Shown: positions 32,919-45,011 of the stretch, in pieces
How the letters are laid out: the number at the start of each line of letters is the position of its first letter
Position numbering within the stretch: position 1 is the stretch's first letter
NCBI GenBank assembly: GCA_947648905.1
Contig: CANSPP010000001.1
Coordinates: 204,114 to 268,113, forward strand
Length of the DNA stretch: 64,000 bases
From: an uncultured Clostridium sp.
Lineage (GTDB): Bacteria > Bacillota > Clostridia > TANB77 > CAG-508
Direction of reading: 5' to 3'
Notes under the pieces: model-generated
Told to the model about the DNA's origin: nothing
Databases searched by the model: none
What the model saw: the letters and a program-made list of their open reading frames with translations, nothing else
Translations under genes and position numbers: made by a program

Positions 32919-35900
32919 ATGAAAAAGAATATAATATCAATAATTTTAATAGCAATAGCCATAATATTTATGCTTCCAGCATTTTCTACAGCTGCATACT
33001 TTTATAGCACAGAGGGTTATTATGAAAATCCATCATTCTATGGTATATTTGACGCAATAAAGCGTCAGGGAGATGCATGGCTAGATTCTGAACTTCCAGA
33101 CATAAGTGGTTTATGGAGTACTAACCAACAATCTAGAACAAATCCAGGTGGAGAAATATGGGATGTTGGAGCTCAATGTATAGGCCATAGAAGTCAGGGT
33201 GCTGGTGGATATAGAATGAGAATAAAATATATTATAGATATTGGTAAAGACATAATAGTAAAACATAGTAATAATGGAATTGAAAATATAACAGATTCAG
33301 GCCAAAAAATTGAATATTATAGATTAGGATATTATATAAGCAAATCATCAGCAGGAGAATCAGGAAATAGCGTTTGGGGAACTTGGAAGGCCCAAATAGC
33401 ATGTTGGCTAGGAGAACATGGGTATAATTTAGGAACAGATAATGATTCGATTAATTCAGGACTTAGAGAAAATAATACAAGTTATTCAAGCCCATTATAT
33501 AATGAAGCCCAAAATAAAGCGAAAGAAGCCCTAAACCAAAAGTCAGGTAAATTTAGTACAACATCACAATATGGTGAAGGGCAACCACAACAAATAAATT
33601 ATGACGGAAAATACACATTTATAGGTCCATACAATTTAAACCATGAAGACGGAAGAATTGAAGGACAAGCAAGAATAACAACAAAAGAAAAAACAGTGAT
33701 AAATACAAATTTATATAGTACAGACGGAAAAACTGTAAAAAAATTATCAGAACTTGGAAATTATAATGGGGATAATTTTTATATAGTATATGAAGGAGAA
33801 GTAGACTCGGTAGAAAATATAAAGATAACAAGTAAACTAAAACAAAATGTAATTAGAGCAAGAATAGTATTAGGAGAACCAGTATTTATGTCAAATCAAT
33901 CAATAGCGATTTTTCATGGTACAGGCTCAAGGGAAACAGAAACAGAAGAAACACTAACACTTCCAGGAGTTGCAGAAAGCAGACTAAACATCAAAAAAAT
34001 AAACAGTGGAACAGGCAGACCAATGAAAGACATAGGATTTGTTGTATACTCAGTAGACCAACAAGCATATGTAAACACAAATAACCAAACAAGCCAAAGA
34101 TATGTAAAAAATATAAACGATGCGCAAGTATTTAAAACGAACCAAAATGGAGAATTCACAGTAAACAAACTTACAAAAAAAGGAACATACATAATATACG
34201 AAGTAGTACATCCAGGAGCATTTGAAAACGGATTTGAAGAAGTAAGCAAAGAAAAACCACTAGAAGTAGGAAGGGTAACCTTTGAAGCCGTAGGTGGAAC
34301 AAAAAGCATAACAATAAACAACACACAAAAATACATAAGAATATCAGGACTTGTATGGGAAGACAAAGGAGCAGGAAAAGACTGGATAAAGAACTACTTA
34401 TATCAAACATCAACAAATGGAATAAATGACGCAAATGACAAATTAGTAAATCACGTAACAGTAAGTTTAAAAGACAGCAAAGGAAATATTATACAACAAG
34501 TAAAAACAGGTGAAACACTAAAATACACAAGACTTGAGAATGGTAAAAATGTAGAAAAAACAGAAAGATTACAAGAAGGAAAATACAAATTCTACAATAT
34601 AGAAATAGACAAAATAACACAATACTACGTAGAATTTAGTTACAATGGTATGAGTTATCAATCAATACCATTAAAAGATATGCTAGCAGCAAATACAAGC
34701 AAAGCAGCAGAAAACGGAAAACAAGTAAATGAAAGAACGAACTTTAACAACAAATTTAAAGTAATAACACATAATAATGCAAATGACGGTGGAGCAGGAA
34801 ACACTACATTAAAATATTTTGAACAAAACTATACAAGTACATTAGACCTAGAAGGAACAAATCAACAAAAAGGATATCAAGGTGCAAACTTCCCAATCAC
34901 TGGAGTAGCAGAAAAATACATGATAAGTTCAACAACATACAACGGATATGGTGGATATCTAGACAAAATAAAAACACCAGAAGCAATAAGAAGAGAAGAA
35001 ACACAAGAACTAGAAAACATCAACCTAGGTATAGAAGAAAGAGAACAACCAGACTTATCTGTAAAGAAAGACCTACAAAGCGTAAAACTTACAATAAATG
35101 GACGTGGACAAGTTTACAAATATGACAGAAAATTTACCAATCCAGAGGAATGCGGTGGAGACGGATATGAAATAGGTGTAAAATTCAAAAAAGAATATGG
35201 CGACATGTCATATAAAAGAGCAATTTACACACCAGATAGCGAATTTACAAGTGCAGACAAAGATAGAGAATTAAAAGTATATCTAACATATAAACTAGGA
35301 ATTAAAAATAATTCAAGCAAACTACAAGCAATTGTAAATGAAATTGCAGACTTCTACGATAGTAGATATGAAGAAGATTCAATTGTTGTAGGAAGAAACG
35401 TAGACGCAAATGCGAATGTAACAAATCCAATAAGCTTTACAAAACAAAACTATAATAACAATTATAATAAATTAGTTATAAATACTAGCGAAATTGGTGC
35501 AATTAATGGTATAAATGGACAATCAAACTCAAAAGAAATATATGTACAATTTAAGCTTAGCAGAGAAGCGGTAGTGCAAATTATGAATTCAAAAGAAACA
35601 CTAGACAATGTAATGGAAATAACATCATACAGCATATTAGACCAAAATGGTGGGGTATATGCGGGAATTGATAGAAACTCAAATCCAGGAACAGCAGAGC
35701 CAGGAAATAAGAGCACATATGAAGACGACACAGACTGGGCACCACCAATTCAATTAGAAGCTAAAGCAACAGCAGAAGAAAGAGAAATATCAGGTAAAAT
35801 ATTCGAAGACCAAGCAATTGCTGATAAACTAACCAAAGAAAACATAAGACAAGGTAATGGACAATTAGATGCAAACGAAGTAGGAATTCAAAACGTTAAA

Positions 35901-37328
35901 GTTGAACTTTGGAGAAAAGAAGTAGACCCAGAAACAAGACAATACAACAAATGGGAACTAATAAAAACACTCGAAGCTACTGGAACTGACGGAGAATATA
36001 AATTTAATGACTTTGCAGTAGGAGACTATGAAGTTAGATTTACATGGGGAGACGAAACATATCCAGTACAAAGTTACAAAGCAACAATATTTAACGCAGA
36101 AAAACACAGTGGAACAAAATGGTATCAAGACACAACTCCAAGATATTCAGATGCAAGAGACAACTACGAAACAAGAACAGCACTAGACAATGAGTTAAAT
36201 GCAGACGAAATAAGACATGATAAAGCAACAGACACAAGTAAGAAAATGATATCATCAACACCAGGAATGGCAATAGATATAGAAAACTTAAGAACACCAA
36301 CAGTAATAGAAACATCAAGAGATGGTGACCAAATACCAATTACAACTGCAAACGGACAAGTTAGATACGAAAAAGTACAAACATACCATATACCAAACGT
36401 AGACTTTGGACTAATAGAAAGACCACATCAAAGTATAGAACTAATAAAAGAAATGAAACACGTAAAAGTAACATTAGCAAATGGTCAAGAACTTGTAAAT
36501 ACAGACTTAGACGAAGATGGTAAACCGGTAGGTGATCAAAGAAAGAACTTTACAGCTATAAAAGGAGCAGAAGGAAGTGTAGACAAAGACCCAGGATATG
36601 CAAAACTAGAAATAGACAACGAAATACTACAAGGCTCAACAATAGAAATAAAATACGAAATAAAAGTAAACAACACAAGTGAAAGAGACTACAGAAACGA
36701 AGAATTCTACACATATGGAGAGCTAAATACTACAAACCCAGTAAAAATAAACATAACAGAAATAGCAGACTATGCAGACGCTCAATGGGCAGTAAACGAA
36801 AACGAATCTACCTACACAAGCTCAGGCTGGACAAAAAGAGAACTAAACGAATACAAAGAATCAAACGACGTAGCGGAAAAAGTTTTTGACGAAAGTCAAT
36901 CTGAGATAACAAATAGGATAATACTAACCACAACAAAAATAGACAACCAAGGAGGATTAGTAGCAGAAAAATCAGGAGTAGCAGGACTTTCAACACAAAC
37001 AAAACCACTAGAGCTAACAGTAACAAAGGTATTAACAACAATCTCAGGAGACATAGACATACAAAACGAGGCAGAAGTTATAGCTCTACGCAAAGACGGT
37101 GGAGGAATATTCAAACAATCAACACCAGGAAACTATGTACCAGGTACAGGTAAAAAAGTAGAGTCAGATGACGACATGGCACAAACATTCAAAGTATCAC
37201 CAAATACTGGTGAAGACCAAAGCTACATATTACCGATATCAGTGGGTATAGGTGCATTAGTAATCTTAGGCTTAGGCGTAGTATGGATAAAAAAATTTTT
37301 GGGGACAGACCAAAAAAGTTCTAAATAG
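32919..37328 (+). CDS. giant sortase-substrate surface protein, type B unit 3 (1469 aa)
   Basis: RBS gaaaggagga overlaps the upstream stop (translational coupling); signal peptide; SdrD-B-like modules; YVPGTG...SPNTGE + TM + KKFLGTDQKSSK. Confidence 0.85.
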   Translation: MKKNIISIILIAIAIIFMLPAFSTAAYFYSTEGYYENPSFYGIFDAIKRQGDAWLDSELPDISGLWSTNQQSRTNPGGEIWDVGAQCIGHRSQGAGGYRMRIKYIIDIGKDIIVKHSNNGIENITDSGQKIEYYRLGYYISKSSAGESGNSVWGTWKAQIACWLGEHGYNLGTDNDSINSGLRENNTSYSSPLYNEAQNKAKEALNQKSGKFSTTSQYGEGQPQQINYDGKYTFIGPYNLNHEDGRIEGQARITTKEKTVINTNLYSTDGKTVKKLSELGNYNGDNFYIVYEGEVDSVENIKITSKLKQNVIRARIVLGEPVFMSNQSIAIFHGTGSRETETEETLTLPGVAESRLNIKKINSGTGRPMKDIGFVVYSVDQQAYVNTNNQTSQRYVKNINDAQVFKTNQNGEFTVNKLTKKGTYIIYEVVHPGAFENGFEEVSKEKPLEVGRVTFEAVGGTKSITINNTQKYIRISGLVWEDKGAGKDWIKNYLYQTSTNGINDANDKLVNHVTVSLKDSKGNIIQQVKTGETLKYTRLENGKNVEKTERLQEGKYKFYNIEIDKITQYYVEFSYNGMSYQSIPLKDMLAANTSKAAENGKQVNERTNFNNKFKVITHNNANDGGAGNTTLKYFEQNYTSTLDLEGTNQQKGYQGANFPITGVAEKYMISSTTYNGYGGYLDKIKTPEAIRREETQELENINLGIEEREQPDLSVKKDLQSVKLTINGRGQVYKYDRKFTNPEECGGDGYEIGVKFKKEYGDMSYKRAIYTPDSEFTSADKDRELKVYLTYKLGIKNNSSKLQAIVNEIADFYDSRYEEDSIVVGRNVDANANVTNPISFTKQNYNNNYNKLVINTSEIGAINGINGQSNSKEIYVQFKLSREAVVQIMNSKETLDNVMEITSYSILDQNGGVYAGIDRNSNPGTAEPGNKSTYEDDTDWAPPIQLEAKATAEEREISGKIFEDQAIADKLTKENIRQGNGQLDANEVGIQNVKVELWRKEVDPETRQYNKWELIKTLEATGTDGEYKFNDFAVGDYEVRFTWGDETYPVQSYKATIFNAEKHSGTKWYQDTTPRYSDARDNYETRTALDNELNADEIRHDKATDTSKKMISSTPGMAIDIENLRTPTVIETSRDGDQIPITTANGQVRYEKVQTYHIPNVDFGLIERPHQSIELIKEMKHVKVTLANGQELVNTDLDEDGKPVGDQRKNFTAIKGAEGSVDKDPGYAKLEIDNEILQGSTIEIKYEIKVNNTSERDYRNEEFYTYGELNTTNPVKINITEIADYADAQWAVNENESTYTSSGWTKRELNEYKESNDVAEKVFDESQSEITNRIILTTTKIDNQGGLVAEKSGVAGLSTQTKPLELTVTKVLTTISGDIDIQNEAEVIALRKDGGGIFKQSTPGNYVPGTGKKVESDDDMAQTFKVSPNTGEDQSYILPISVGIGALVILGLGVVWIKKFLGTDQKSSK

Positions 37329-37336
37329 AGATGTTT

Positions 37337-37368
37337 AAGAACGAGATAAATTTATCTCGTTCTTTTTA
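37337..37368 (+). terminator. rho-independent terminator after unit 3
   Basis: aagaacgagataa-att-tatctcgttctt hairpin plus T-run. Confidence 0.75.
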
Positions 37369-37440
37369 GGCCATTGGCAGGAGACCCTACGCAATTAAGC
37401 TGTTAAAGAGATCTCAAACAAGCAAAAGAGAAAAGACACA

Positions 37441-37567
37441 CAAATGTAATATAAATGTAAACATAAAGACAAAGAAAACCTTGAACAACCTTCCCTAAGC
37501 AAGTTAGAGAGATATTTGCAACAATGGAAAAAAGTGATATTGAAAAAATTTAAAAATATTGTATCAT
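37441..37567 (+). promoter_or_regulatory. conserved leader/promoter module upstream of unit 4 (CAAATGTAATATAAATGTAAACATAAAGAC; CCTTCCCTAAGCAAGTTAGAGAG; -35 ttgaaa 37540-45; -10 tatcat 37562-67)
   Basis: Motif conservation with 20863-20991 and 27891-28018. Confidence 0.45.
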
Positions 37568-37606
37568 TGATACTAGAGAAATATTAATAAATTAGGGAGT
37601 TGGCGT

Positions 37607-40600
37607 ATGTTGAAACTAAAAAAATATGGAAAGAAGATTTTGCTAGCAATATTAGTGATATTACTATGCATATCATCTGCAATAAGTATAACGTTATTAG
37701 GAAAAACAAAAAACAATGGTGTTGTATTTGCAAGTGAGCCTGAACAGAAAAAAGCAGTTATTTACAAAACCACAGGATTAACTACATCAAATACAGAAAG
37801 TCTAAGTACAGAGGTTGCGCTTACAAGGGGTGGAGCAGAGCTTGAAGATGGCGGAATTGTATATGAAGGAGAGTATATAAAATACAATTTTAGATTAACA
37901 AATAAAACTCAAGCAAACATTGATAATGTGAAAATAGTTGCTTCAATACCAGACGGTGTGAAATATGGAGAATTAAACTCGAATTTTGAAGAATTCAGAC
38001 AATCATATTTTTATAATTTTGACGAAGAACTTACAGAGAAAATAATTGAAGTAGGTACCATAGAAGCAGGACAAAGTAAAGAGATTTTCTATGAAGTGAA
38101 AGTTAAAGACTTACCTGAAGGAGAAATAGAAAAAGAAATTGTTGCTAATGTGAATTCATATATAGGTGAAGAATTAGCTCAAAGCTATCAATTAAGAAAT
38201 GTGATAAACTCAGCAGATACACAATTGTTTCTAGGGTCATTTACTCAATATGGTGGTAAACAATATGGTTTAAACATTAAGTCAGATACTCAAGAAGAGG
38301 TAGAAGTTAAAATACATTTTCCACAAAACTTTAAATTAAGTTTTATTACATATATGGTTGATGAATTTGAAGATATTGATAGATTTGACTCACAGATAGA
38401 TGGTGGGAAGATTGTTTATACAAATGTAGAAGGTCAAGAAAGAAAAGAATATACCATAGAAGATTTAAAAGAAATGTTAGGAGAGGAAGATTTTAATAAA
38501 TTACAAGAACTAGAAAAAATCGAAGGAATAGAGGATGTTAAGGAAGTAGAAGGATTAAGGCTAAAAGATATATTAGAAATGATAAATAATACTAATACGT
38601 TGGGAGAAGTGGTAATATCAGAAGACAATATACTTACAGCGAAACTAAAAACAAATCATTGCTATAGATTTTTAGGAGTTTTGGATGCATCAAAGATATC
38701 TGGGACTTCAGAAAATTCAAAAGAATACGTAACAGCATATGCAGAAACAAGTGATAGCGTTTATATGTCAAATGAAAATAGAATAGAAGCAGCATATAAA
38801 AATATAGAAGTTACTATGATATCTAATAACGCAGGGAAAAAGGTTAAATATAATGAAGATATAGAATATGAAATTAAAATAAAAAATATTGGTAAAGGCT
38901 TAACAGAAGATAACTTAGAAATTTCAGATTATATACAAGTGAATGTAGTAGATTTCTTGCCAGAAGAGATTAAACCAGAAAGTGTAATATATAATAATTG
39001 GGAATTTGTTGAAAATCCAAATAAACAAGAGGATAAGAAGATTTTAATACAAAAAGTAGACGACGCAATTTTAAGTGTTTCTGGGAAAAGGAGAGATGAA
39101 GAAGGAAATATATTAGCAGATGTGGATGTTCCCATTATAATACCACAAGGAGAAACCGCTAATATAAAGATAAAAGCAAAAGCGGGGTTTGTGTATGAAG
39201 AAACAACAGTAGAAAACGTAGTAACAGTAAAAAGCGACGAAATGATACAAAATAAAATAAGTAATAAAATTTCTCACACAATACTTCCATATAATTATCA
39301 AAATTCAAGTGTACCAGATGTACCGGATAATCCCGATATACCAGATATTCCAGATGTACCAGACGTACCAGATAATCCTGAAGATCCCAATAGACCTAAT
39401 ACCCCAAATGTACCAGATAGACCAAACAATGAAGATAAAGAACAGATAAAAAAAGAATTTTGTGATTTTAAAATAGATAAATATATATCTAAAGTTACAG
39501 TAAAAACTGAAAGTGGAGTAAAGGAATATAACTATAATAATGAGAACCTTGCAAAAGTAGAAATAAAAGCAAAAGAGATTAATGGTGCGGTAGTTACAGT
39601 AGATTATAAAATAGTAGTAACAAATGAAGGCAATGTAGCAGGAACAATAGGAGAGATAAGTGATAATTTGCCAAAGGGATTTGCAATTTCAAATGAATCA
39701 AATAAGAATTGGCCTAGAAATTCAAAAGGTGAATTTGTAAATAAGAGTAAAGCTAATTTAAAAATAGAACCAGGGGAAAGTACAACATTAACAATAAGTG
39801 CAACAAAGAAAATGACATCAGACACAGTAGGTAATTTTAAGAATGAAGTAGCAATAAAAAATGTATTAAGTATAACAGGACTTCAAGATGCAAATTCACA
39901 AAATGACACATCAAATGCAGAACTTATAATCTCAATTAGTACGGGTATATATGTATATATAGCAATTATTATCTCTATATTAGCAGTTCTTAGTTCAATT
40001 GCTATATACCTTACTAAAAAAGGCAAATTAAGAATAGGAAAATTTGGTAAAACAACATTTTTGGCAATAGCTTTTATAGCAACAATAGTTACCCACATTT
40101 CTCAGGCAGCAGATAATGTTTATTTTACCCCACAAACAACACATTCTTGGAGTAGCGATATAGGAACAGCATATTGTGAAGATGGTACAATATTAAGTGA
40201 TGAACGGTACATGGTATCTTAATAGCTCAGAAAGTGTTGAATATGAATATCAAACGAGAACTACAAATGTATATGTTGAAAGAACTAATAGTCAAATAGA
40301 AATGCACTCAGATGGAAACAATTTTGTATATGGGCCATTTACATATGAAGCTGATGGAATAAGAACAAGTTATTCTTATGAGGTATACGACCATAGTGGA
40401 AATCTGATATCAGGTGTAAGTAGTACGGGAATTTTAAATAATCGGAGAGAATAATAGTTTTTATTTAATAATTCCAAAAGGCAATTGCAAAAACGGAATA
40501 TCTAGAGTAAAACTAAATGTAGCAGGGCAACAGGAATTAACTCATTATAAAAAGAAAATAGTTAGGGATCATTATAGTCGTATTACAGTAGAAATAATAG

Positions 40601-43600
40601 GGTGGAATTATATAGAATTTAATATTTTTGGTGAAAAACTTGAGATTCCAATACCAGAGGCGATAACATGTAAACGCGAGCAACCAGTGTGCATAACTAA
40701 AGATGGCGGTTCAAGTCAATGGTCTGAATACTTCAACCAAAGTGACTACACAGAATGGACAGATATCAACGGAACCCTAGAAATAGAAAAAGTAGACGCA
40801 GACAACTACGACAAGAAGCTAAGTGGAGTAACATTTGAAATATCAGGATTAGGACAACACACAACAGACGCAAATGGAAGAATATACTTAGAAAACATAA
40901 GACCAGGAACATACAGCATAAAAGAAATATCAAACTCAAATTATGGTTACCTAGCAACATCATCAGACATAATCAACATAGATACCGTATCAGACAACAT
41001 AGGAGTAGCAACAGGACAATACAGAACACCAATAGAAAAGAATGTAAAACTAACAGGAAATCTAGTAATAGAAAAAACAAGCAAAGAAAGTGGAAAGCTA
41101 CTGGAAGACTTCAGTTTCAAACTGATGGACTCAAAAGGAAGATACATCATAGCAAAAACAGGAGCAGACAAGAAAAAGAGAGACAAAGTAAAAGAATACA
41201 TACTATTAACAGATATAGAGAAAACAACCAATGAAAATGAAGCAACAGAATTCATAACAGACAGCAAAGGACATATAGAAATCTACAATCTACTAATAGA
41301 CACATATACAATAAAAGAAGTATCAGTAGGAGCAGACAAACGCGAAGAAAATAGATACTTTGACGTAGACGATAACTACATTACATGGTCAAGTAATGCA
41401 AATGGCAACAAATGGTCAAACAGTGTAAACAGTAACGGAACAAAAAATCTACCTAAAGTAAAAATAACAAGGCAAAAATCACAAGACACAGAAAGAATAG
41501 GAGGCCCAGCAGACAAAATATCAATCAAAAACGAAAGAAAATACATAGACATCAAAGGTTTAGTATGGGAAGACATGATAGACGGAAAACAAGCTATAAG
41601 AAATTACGTATATAATACAAAGACTCAAGGAACAGATGATACAAGAGATAAACTGCTAGGAAATGTAACAGTAAACCTAAAAAGCATAAACGAAAACGGA
41701 CAAGTAGAAATAGTCAAAAACATTAAAGCAAAAACAAAAGACGGAATAAAAAACGTAGACGGAACAATAGACACAGGAATTGAAGGAAGTGGAGACGAAT
41801 ACTACGGAAAATACGAATTCCGAAACGTGCTAATAAGAGACTTAGACAAATACTACATCGAATTTGTATACAACGGACTAAGTTATAAAGCAATAGACTT
41901 AAAAAACGGTTCATATAGCGACCTAAAAAACGGATACTTAGCAGAAGCGACTTCAAACACAAGTAAAGCAATAGAAGAAAACGTATGGGAAACAAAATTT
42001 GAAGCAAATTCAAGAGAATTCTTCAACAACAAATACAAAGTAATTACAAACAACCATGCAAATGGCGACGTTGGGGAATTGGAAATGTCATATGATTTTG
42101 CAAACCATGTAAGTACATTAAAATTTGAAGGAAATCCAAAATATGGATACTCAGGGGCAAGATTCCCTGTAAACTACACAAAAGAACAATACCTAATGAC
42201 ACCAAATGATGAAAAAGTGAATGGTAAACAAACAACAAATACAAGAAAAGCATACAATGGCGGATTAGACCAGATAAAATCAAAACAAGAGATACGAGAA
42301 AAAGACATCAAAGTAATAAACAATGTAAACTTAGGGCTATACGAAAGAGAACAACCAGACCTTGGAATAAATGGCAAATATAATGAAAAAACAAAATCAT
42401 ATGAATATGGAAAACAACTAGACAATGCAAAAATTAAAATAAATGGATATAACCATATATACAAATATGAGACTAGACATCTAAATGAAGGTGATTACCA
42501 AGGAGGGTTCAATGTTGGAGTTAAATTCGAAAATAGACGTGGAGCACAACCATACACAAGAGCAATTTACAAAGCAGATGTCGAATTTGAAACTCCAGAT
42601 AAGAGTAGAGAACTAGAAGTATATTTGACATACAAAATAATACTAAATAACAATTCAGCTAATTTAAAAGCTCAAATAAACGAAATAGTGGACTACTATG
42701 ATGCAAGATATATCAAAGAAGAAATAAAAGTTGGAACTCAGCTAAGTGATGTTGCAGACCCAATAAATCCTAATCCAAACAAAGAAATAAAAATAACAGA
42801 ATTTGGAACCAGTGTAAACGGATACAATAAAATAGTAATTGACACCTCAAAACTTGGATATATTGATAAACAAAGTGCTTGCAAAGATTACGTATATGTT
42901 CAATTCAAATTAAATAAAGAAGCTGTTGTAGAAATACTATGTGACGGAGATATAAGTAATATAAAAAATGGAATACAAGCACCAGAGAATAAGTTACTAA
43001 AAAATGTTGTAGAAATAAAATCATACAGTATACAAGACCAAACTGGAGCAGTATATGCAGGAATTGACCGAAATTCAAACCCAGAAAACTGCAAACCAGG
43101 AGATGACACAACATATGAAGATGATACAGACTATTCACCAGCAGTAAAATTAGCAGTAGCAAAAAATAATAGAACACTAAATGGTTTGGTATTTGAAGAC
43201 AAAGCAGACTTAAACGACAAAAACATAAGACAAGGTAATGGAAGCTATAATCAAGAAGAAGGAGATAGACCATTAAAAGGAGTAGTAGTACAACTTCAAA
43301 GAAGAGACTACGACGATATGGGTAAATGGAAAACCATAAAAGAAACAGGAGCAGAAGGAACAAAAGATGACGGAACAAAAGATGACGGAACATTCCAATT
43401 TGAAGATTTTGCAGCAGGAGATTACCAAGTAACATATAAATGGGAAAACAGTAAGGATTATAACAAACACGAAACAAGTGCAATACACCCTAGTATACTA
43501 GTGCAGAACTACAAAGCAACAATATTTGATGAAGGCGCACATAAACGAAATGCGGAAACCTACGGAAATGAAGAAAGAGCAGAAAAATACTACTGGTATA

Positions 43601-44910
43601 GAGAAAACAATAGATTATCAGATGCAAAGGACAACTATGAAACAAGAACACAAATAGACAGCGAAATATCTACATTTAGATATAACACTGAAACTGATGG
43701 AATAAAAACAAATTCAATGACATCTGCAACACCAGAAATACCAATAGGAGTAGAATATGCAGACGTTATAAGTACATCAGTATTTGGAGACGAATACAAG
43801 TACGATATTACAAATATAGACTTTGGTATAGTAGAAAGACCACTACAAAACTATAAACTAACTAAAAACGTTGACCATATAAAACTAACGTTACAAAATG
43901 GACAAATACTTGTAGATGCAGATGTAATAATAAAACCAGATGGAATAGGCACTGATAGAAGAATGCAATATTCAATGGGATTAGAAGGAGTAACAAACTT
44001 CCTAAAGCCATTATCACGAGTAGGCAGTCGTTTCTTAACAGGAAAAAGCAATGAAGCTGGATATCCAAACGGAAGTATCGAGCTAGAAATAGACAACGAA
44101 GTAATACAAGGCTCAACACTTGAAATAACATACAAAATAAACATAGAAAACACAAGTGAACTAGACTATGCAAACCAAGACTTCTATGAACACGGAACAA
44201 ATGCAACAACAAACTACAAAAAAGATGTAATAAGAATAACACCTTCAAAAGTAATAGACTATTTAGATAAAGAATGGTCAGTAGACGAAAACAACTCAGA
44301 AAATGCAGGAACGTGGAAAAAGGAAACAGAAGAAGTATTAAAAGCAGGAAGAGATGACACTGATGAAGTACCAGTAAATGCAAGTATATATAATGATTCA
44401 AACAGCGAACTAAAAGACAGAATAATATTATATTCAAAAAAACTTGAAGAAGATGGAATTGCATTAGCTCCAGGTGAGGCATTAAAAGTAAGTGAAGAAG
44501 ACGATAAAAGACTAACACTAGTAGCAACAAAGGTCCTAACGACAATCAATTCTACAGACGTTGTACTAGAAAATGAAACAGAAGTTATAGAAGTACAAAG
44601 ACCAGGAGGTGGAGTTCCAGAAGAAAATATTGAAGGAAAGACACTAATAGAAGAAACTGGAAGAAGAGATGAAAAACTTCAACAAAGAAAAAGAATCATT
44701 CCAGGAAACTTCGTTCCAGGTTCAGGCTGGCAAGTAGAACCAGACGACGACAAAGCAGAAACATTCTTTATAACACCAAATACAGGTGAAGATCTAAATT
44801 ATGTAGTACCAATATCAATAGGAATAGGTGCATTAGTAATCTTAGGAGTAGGAATAGTTTTGATTATAAAATTTGTATGGATAGATAAAAAGAAAGAAGA
44901 CTTAGAATAA
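37607..44910 (+). CDS. giant fused surface protein (type C + type B, ~2430 aa), interrupted by two +1 frame breaks at in-frame CGG codons (40205, 40443)
   Basis: 37607-40207, 40206-40445 and 40444-44910 read as one protein after skipping a C before GGT/GGA. Paralogous to 21029-27835 across the junctions. VPD repeats; internal TM + KKGKLRIGKFGK + signal-like segment; C-terminal TPNTGE + TM sorting signal. Confidence 0.75.
39311..39425 (+). repeat. in-frame 9-bp tandem repeat encoding (V/I-P-D)n linker
   Basis: gtaccagat/ataccagat units; paralogous to 22595-22745. Confidence 0.75.
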
Positions 44911-44924
44911 AAGTATACAAGCTT

Positions 44925-44957
44925 GAAAGAACAGAGCAATAGCTTTGTTCTTTCAGG
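44925..44957 (+). terminator. terminator hairpin after unit 4
   Basis: gaaagaacagagc-aatagc-tttgttctttc imperfect hairpin. Confidence 0.5.
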
Positions 44958-45011
44958 ACATATTTTATTATGCAAAATAAACGAATTCAACATTTTCGGA
45001 GGGGATAGAAA

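Noticed and set aside
40197-40454. Stand-alone 85-aa ORF (MMNGTWYLNSSE...)
   Set aside because: It is an internal segment of 37607-44910 between the CGG breaks at 40205 and 40443.
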